Assembly: GCA_964544145.1 (NCBI GenBank)
Contig: CAZJAT010000003.1
Coordinates: 7,804 to 71,803 of the forward strand
Origin: an uncultured Bacteroidales bacterium
GTDB lineage: Bacteria; Hydrothermota; 32-111
Direction of reading: 5' to 3'
Length of the DNA stretch: 64,000 nt
Shown here: positions 59,260 to 64,000 of the stretch, one piece after another
Layout of the letters: every line of letters starts with the position of its first letter
Numbering within the stretch: position 1 is the first letter of the stretch
The notes under the pieces: model-generated
What the model was told of the DNA's origin: nothing
The model's input: only the letters and a program-made list of their open reading frames with translations
The model's database searches: none
Translations under genes and position numbers: made by a program

Positions 59260-60406
59260 TTACTTTTTTATACTCATTTTCTGTTTTTTCACCAATCAGT
59301 TCCCAAGTGAAATCAGCAGAGAACAATTCCGCATTATCAACAATCTTATTATATAGAGCATTATCATTCATTGCATATTGTATAATATCTGCAGCATGTA
59401 AAGGATCATTTGATATCATTCCGGTTTTTTTATTAAGAATTATCTCAGATGTCCCCCCCGTATCATATGAAATAACAAAAGTTCTGAACATCATTGCCTC
59501 AAGCAGGACAATTCCAAGTCCCTCTGAATAGGTTGGTAAAAAAAAATAATTAAATATTCTGAAATAATCACCAATATGCGCATGTTCTTTTTTGCCTGTA
59601 AGTATAATATCCCTCTCTAATTTCTCCTTTGATAATTTCCTCTCTAATTCGGAATACAAAGGTCCATCACCTATCATTACGCCTTTTATTTTCATTCCCC
59701 GCGTTTTCAGTATTCTAATGGTTTCAATAAAATCATATACGCCCTTTTCTTTTATCAAACGTGAGACAAATCCCAATACAATTTCACCGGGATCAATATT
59801 CAATTCTTTAAAAATATCATTGATTTCTCTAACAGGAGCTATCTCATTCTTATCAATACCATTATAAATAACTATTTTAACAGTTTCTGACGCGGGTATT
59901 TCGTCCAGCACCTTCTTTGAGACTCCGAAATATGTTTTTACGCAATTTTTCAATAATCTAAATGGATTTAAGTACATTGATATAAACCTGTTTATCGCAG
60001 GATGAGAACGAAATATCATTGAGTGTTTTGTTATTAGAAATGGAATAGAATATTTTTTAGCAAGTATCATTGATTGGTACACAAGCAGAGAGAGCATTGA
60101 ATGTCCATGAATAATATCAGGTTGTAGGGAGACAATCAGTTCATTAATAGAATAATATGACCTAATGCTAAGTGAAATATCTGCTCCAAATTTATATAGT
60201 ACAAAACCCGGCAATTTTATCAAAGTATAATACTCTTTCTCACAGTATATTATACCATTACCATTATCCTCTTTTGAATAATGTGTTATAACATATACCC
60301 TGTGACCCATTTTACCAAGCATTGACGATAAATAATGAATATGAGACTCAATGCCGCCAAAAGAAGGAAAAGCGCAGTCTGTTACCATGAATATAGTCAG
60401 TTGTTT
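59249..60406 (-). CDS. glycosyltransferase family 4
   Basis: 'PSFGGIESHIHYLS' at the N-terminus and C-terminal 'PTYSEGLGIVLLEAMMFRTFVISYDTGGTSEII'. The start is taken at the internal MKQLTIF; the ORF track extends to 60481. Confidence 0.75.
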   Translation of the reverse strand, partial: KQLTIFMVTDCAFPSFGGIESHIHYLSSMLGKMGHRVYVITHYSKEDNGNGIIYCEKEYYTLIKLPGFVLYKFGADISLSIRSYYSINELIVSLQPDIIHGHSMLSLLVYQSMILAKKYSIPFLITKHSMIFRSHPAINRFISMYLNPFRLLKNCVKTYFGVSKKVLDEIPASETVKIVIYNGIDKNEIAPVREINDIFKELNIDPGEIVLGFVSRLIKEKGVYDFIETIRILKTRGMKIKGVMIGDGPLYSELERKLSKEKLERDIILTGKKEHAHIGDYFRIFNYFFLPTYSEGLGIVLLEAMMFRTFVISYDTGGTSEIILNKKTGMISNDPLHAADIIQYAMNDNALYNKIVDNAELFSADFTWELIGEKTENEYKKVIRK

Positions 60407-60619
60407 CATATCAGAATATAGTGTAAATAAATGGTGTAACTGCACTATTGGCAAACAAGAACAGCAATGCTGCAACAGCAAGAGTTATTATAATAACCGG
60501 CAATAACCAGTATTTTTTGTGTTTGAATATAAATCTAAAAATACTCTTTACAGTATTAAACCTTTCAACCATGTGTTCATTATACATTAAATTTATCCAT
60601 CTGCAATACCAGATATGTT

Positions 60620-61042
60620 CTAAAATGGTTCATTGATATTATCTTTCCAGGAATTATTAGCTTTAGTATAATATGTTTTAGAGTTTTTATCCATATGCAT
60701 TACAAAGAACCTTTTTCTCAAGAGAAAAACAGTAATTCTTATAATTGGAAATAACAAAAACTGCATAAATATTGTGAATACAAATGTGATTATTATTCTG
60801 AATACATCAATCACACTCATAAGTGCTCTATCAAGGATAATTGCCAATGATGGGATAATAATTCCTGCTATAAGAAGTATCAATGCTATGGAGAAAATAT
60901 ATAAATTCCAGTAATTATATTTTAAGTAAACAAATATTCCAGCTGCCATAATCGGAAGCACCAATTTTATGATTTTCAGTCTATCTTTAATCTTCAATGA
61001 GTTTTTCAATTGCATATTCCTCTTTAATTTTATTATTATCAT
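60620..61042 (-). CDS. hypothetical small membrane protein
   Basis: 140 aa with 3 predicted TM helices. It overlaps the 3' end of the carbamoyltransferase gene. Confidence 0.3.
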   Translation of the reverse strand: MIIIKLKRNMQLKNSLKIKDRLKIIKLVLPIMAAGIFVYLKYNYWNLYIFSIALILLIAGIIIPSLAIILDRALMSVIDVFRIIITFVFTIFMQFLLFPIIRITVFLLRKRFFVMHMDKNSKTYYTKANNSWKDNINEPF

Positions 61043-62777
61043 CCTTTTTTAGAATAAAATTACCTATTATCAAGTAATCCATCTCAGTATTAAGGAAAAC
61101 AGATAGAGCATCTTTTGGACTTTCAACAATAGGCTGGCCTCTCACATTGAATGATGTATTAATAACCAGAGGCACACCTGTTATTTGTCTGAAATAATCT
61201 ATAAGTTTATAATATTTCGGATTTTGTTCTTTATTTACTGTTTGCAGGCGTGAAGTAAAGTCAGCATGGATGACTGCAGGTATCTGGGATATACCTTTTG
61301 ATAATATATTGAAATCATGAGTAATCTGATCCTTCATGATTTTTTTTTCTTCTCTCAATTTAGCAACAGTAAGCATATAAGGTGTATGATAATTACCGAT
61401 AAAGTAATCTGCAGCATAATCTTCCATAACAGAAGGTGCAAAAGGCCTGAATGATTCTCTGAATTTTATTTTCAAATTCATCCTTTTCTGCATCTTCGGA
61501 TCACGGGGATCCCCCAATATGCTTCTCGAACCTAAAGCTCTTGGGCCATATTCCATTCTTCCCTGAAACCAGCCCACAACATTACCTTCTGATATAAGAT
61601 ATGCAGCATCTTTTGATGGATCATCAATTTTACTATATGAGAATCGGTTCATTAAATATGACTCAATCTGATCATCACTGTATTCAGTTCCTAAATATGA
61701 GTAATTTTGTATAGATTGTAACTTGATTTTCTTTATATATTTTGCTGAATAAAGCGCTGCACCCAATGCACCGCCTGCATCCCCTGCAGCTGGCTGTATA
61801 AACACATTCTTATATTGGCAGTTTTCAATAATCTTTGAATTTGCCTTACAATTTAGTGCGACTCCTCCACCCATAACTAAATTCTCAGCTGCGGTTTCTT
61901 TTTGAATATGCTTTGCCATTCTGATAAGAATTATTTCTAGAACTTGCTGAATTGATGCAGCTATATCAGCATACACATATGTTAATTCATCTTCAGGTTT
62001 TCGTATTTGAATACCTAAAAGTCTTTCCATTTCTTCACCGCACATTCTCTGGCCATATTGATAGGAAAAGTATTTCATATTCAGTCTGTATGATCCATCA
62101 TTTTTCAGATCTATCATTTCTGTCATCATTTTCTCGGTATATTGAGGATTTCCATAAGGTGCTAAACCCATTAATTTGTATTCCCCAGAATTCACTCTGA
62201 ATCCGCAAAAATAGGTTAATGCAGAATACATCATACCTAATGAGTGAGGATATTCAATGCTGCCGAGTATATTGATGCCATTGTCATCACATGTCCCAAA
62301 AGTGCTTGTGTCCCATTCTCCAACTCCGTCATTTATCATAAATGCTGCATCAGAGTAACCTGACGGGATAAAAGAGGCAGAAGCGTGTGACACATGATGA
62401 GGAATATATGATATTGAGTAATCTCCTTTTATATACCTTCTAATATGTTCTGATACAAATATTTTCTTGTTTATTGTGAGAGGTATTGAGTCAAGGGCAA
62501 ATTTGAACCCTTTGGGTGATATTGCAATAAGATTTTTCAGAATCCTTTCCATCTTAAGAATGGGTTTGTCGTAAAATACAATATCACTGATATCTTCATT
62601 ATTTAAACCGAAATTCTTATAGAGTTTCTCTAAGGCCTTTAATGGAAAACTGCTGTCATGTTTAATCCTGGAAAACCGTTCTTCCTGCAGACATGCCACT
62701 ACTGTGTTATCATTTATCATACATATTGCTGAATCATGATAGAATGATGATATGCCCAAAATTGTTTTCTTAGTCAT
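60987..62777 (-). CDS. carbamoyltransferase (NodU/CmcH family)
   Basis: 'ILGISSFYHDSA' at the N-terminus, 'HHVSHASASF' and 'GGVALNC' motifs. About 595 aa from the internal Met. Confidence 0.85.
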   Translation of the reverse strand: MTKKTILGISSFYHDSAICMINDNTVVACLQEERFSRIKHDSSFPLKALEKLYKNFGLNNEDISDIVFYDKPILKMERILKNLIAISPKGFKFALDSIPLTINKKIFVSEHIRRYIKGDYSISYIPHHVSHASASFIPSGYSDAAFMINDGVGEWDTSTFGTCDDNGINILGSIEYPHSLGMMYSALTYFCGFRVNSGEYKLMGLAPYGNPQYTEKMMTEMIDLKNDGSYRLNMKYFSYQYGQRMCGEEMERLLGIQIRKPEDELTYVYADIAASIQQVLEIILIRMAKHIQKETAAENLVMGGGVALNCKANSKIIENCQYKNVFIQPAAGDAGGALGAALYSAKYIKKIKLQSIQNYSYLGTEYSDDQIESYLMNRFSYSKIDDPSKDAAYLISEGNVVGWFQGRMEYGPRALGSRSILGDPRDPKMQKRMNLKIKFRESFRPFAPSVMEDYAADYFIGNYHTPYMLTVAKLREEKKIMKDQITHDFNILSKGISQIPAVIHADFTSRLQTVNKEQNPKYYKLIDYFRQITGVPLVINTSFNVRGQPIVESPKDALSVFLNTEMDYLIIGNFILKKDDNNKIKEEYAIEKLIED

Positions 62778-63999
62778 TATGATATGTTGGTATAAATTCA
62801 GAGAGATATTTTCTGATTGATTTTTCACTTGTCTGCTTACTGAAAATATCAATTAATAAATCCCTATTCGGTATAATGTTGCCTGATTTTGCTTTGAATA
62901 TCTTTTCAAATCTTGTATTCTCAGTACCCTCCTCATCCATCACAAGCTCTTCAAATAATTTTTCCCCGGGTCTTATACCCGAATACTCTATGCCAATCTC
63001 ATCAATTTCATACCCATACATTTGAATCATCCTCTCTGCAATATTTTTTATAAGAACAGGTTCACCCATGTCGAGAATAAAAGTTTCTCCACCCTGAGAT
63101 GCACCGCCTGCTTCAAGCACAAGAAGTACTGCTTCGGGAATTGTCATAAAAAACCTTTTCATTTCAGGATGAGTTACTGTAATTGGACCTCCACTTTCAA
63201 TTTGATTCTTGAATATTGGTATAACACTTCCTCTTGAGCCGAGAACATTACCAAACCTGACTGCAGAGTATATTGTTTTGCCACCAGCCGCATTTTTAAC
63301 GAGATACTCGCATATTCTCTTAGTTGCACCCATAACAGAGGATGGATTTACAGCCTTATCGGTTGAGATAAAGATAAACCTTTCTATTCTTCCTTTTGAT
63401 GATTCTATAAGATTATTAGTTCCAAGAATATTAGTTTTAACTGCTTCATACGGGAAATCCTCACATAGAGGTACATGTTTAAGTGCAGCACAGTGGTAAA
63501 CAACATCTATTGTATTGTTGTTAAAGAATTTTTCTATGGTTTCAGTATCCCTGACATCGGCCAAACAGACATCAATGTGCTTATTATATTTTCTCATAAT
63601 ACTGTTGCGTAGATAGAATAACTCTGTTTCATCTATATCAAGCGCAATTATTCTCTTTATATCAAAACGGGCTATTTGATTAACAATTTCTGAACCTATT
63701 GAACCTCCTGCACCTGTTACTAAAACCGTCTTGTTATTTAGATAATTAACAATCACACTGACATCAATATCCACAATCTCACGTCCTATCAAATCCATTA
63801 TATCTACATCTTTCAATGACTTAATAGTAATTTCCTCATTGAGAATCTCTTCTGCAGGCGGCAATATTTTTATTTGTTTAATTCCATTATCAATCATTAT
63901 GTCATAAACATCCCTCAATCGTTCCTTTCCCATTGATGGAATGGCAATTATTACATTTTTTGCATCATTACGCATCATCACTCTGTTGATGTCATACAA
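62770..63999 (-). CDS. polysaccharide biosynthesis protein CapD/PglF-like (UDP-sugar 4,6-dehydratase), 5' end outside the window
   Basis: 'VLVTGAGGSIGSEI' Rossmann motif, 'YHCAALKHVP' and 'STDKAVNPSSVMGATKR' (catalytic YxxxK region). The ORF runs to the window edge and typical homologs have an additional N-terminal TM region. Confidence 0.8.
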   Translation of the reverse strand: MYDINRVMMRNDAKNVIIAIPSMGKERLRDVYDIMIDNGIKQIKILPPAEEILNEEITIKSLKDVDIMDLIGREIVDIDVSVIVNYLNNKTVLVTGAGGSIGSEIVNQIARFDIKRIIALDIDETELFYLRNSIMRKYNKHIDVCLADVRDTETIEKFFNNNTIDVVYHCAALKHVPLCEDFPYEAVKTNILGTNNLIESSKGRIERFIFISTDKAVNPSSVMGATKRICEYLVKNAAGGKTIYSAVRFGNVLGSRGSVIPIFKNQIESGGPITVTHPEMKRFFMTIPEAVLLVLEAGGASQGGETFILDMGEPVLIKNIAERMIQMYGYEIDEIGIEYSGIRPGEKLFEELVMDEEGTENTRFEKIFKAKSGNIIPNRDLLIDIFSKQTSEKSIRKYLSEFIPTYHND

Positions 64000-64000
64000 T

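Overview
This is an AT-rich (roughly one-third GC), densely coded bacterial chromosomal segment. Strong Shine-Dalgarno sites (GGAGG) precede many genes. It is probably from an uncultivated anaerobe of the FCB/Cloacimonadota-like radiation; the hints are one protein with a T9SS C-terminal sorting domain, type IV pilus genes and NuoEF-type bifurcating modules. Most content is housekeeping. On the minus strand at the start there is a phoH(ybeZ)-7TMR_HD-ybeY-CNNM/CorC cluster. Next come tRNA-Gly(CCC), small secreted proteins, a ferredoxin and a large beta-helix protein with a T9SS sorting domain. Then follow initiator tRNA-fMet, a GT4 glycosyltransferase and lepB. A long plus-strand operon runs giant TPR protein, coiled-coil/TPR protein, disordered protein, pyrR, pyrB, pyrC and an 855-aa protein that appears to end in a divergent class-III nucleotidyl-cyclase homology domain. 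After that come rpmE, rho, a methyl-accepting chemotaxis protein, an AhpD-like protein, an orphan receiver and plsY. Then pilMNOPQ, preceded by a small HTH gene. Then a NuoE/NuoF/NuoG-GltD-fusion oxidoreductase complex of the flavin-based electron-bifurcating type, which is not a hydrogenase. Then an ECF sigma/anti-sigma/beta-helix membrane protein trio and a Lys/Ala-rich histone-H1-like protein. Then a prolyl oligopeptidase, a MATE transporter, DUF554, corA and comF. Then the elongasome cluster rodA-pbp2-mreD-mreC-mreB, the polyamine operon speH-pdaD-speE-speB led by tRNA-Pro(GGG), and polysaccharide genes (GNAT, GT4, carbamoyltransferase, CapD). The most notable observations are these. (1) A RAYT/IS200-family HUH Y1 transposase-like gene with an added C-terminal HTH, bounded by perfect 30-bp terminal inverted repeats, sits directly upstream of the ECF sigma gene, which now lacks a canonical start codon. 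(2) A gene-less miniature copy of the same inverted repeats lies next to tRNA-fMet. (3) The PBP2 homolog in the mre/rodA cluster has lost all three transpeptidase motifs (SxxK, SxN, KTG). (4) The cyclase-domain protein is translationally coupled to pyrC.
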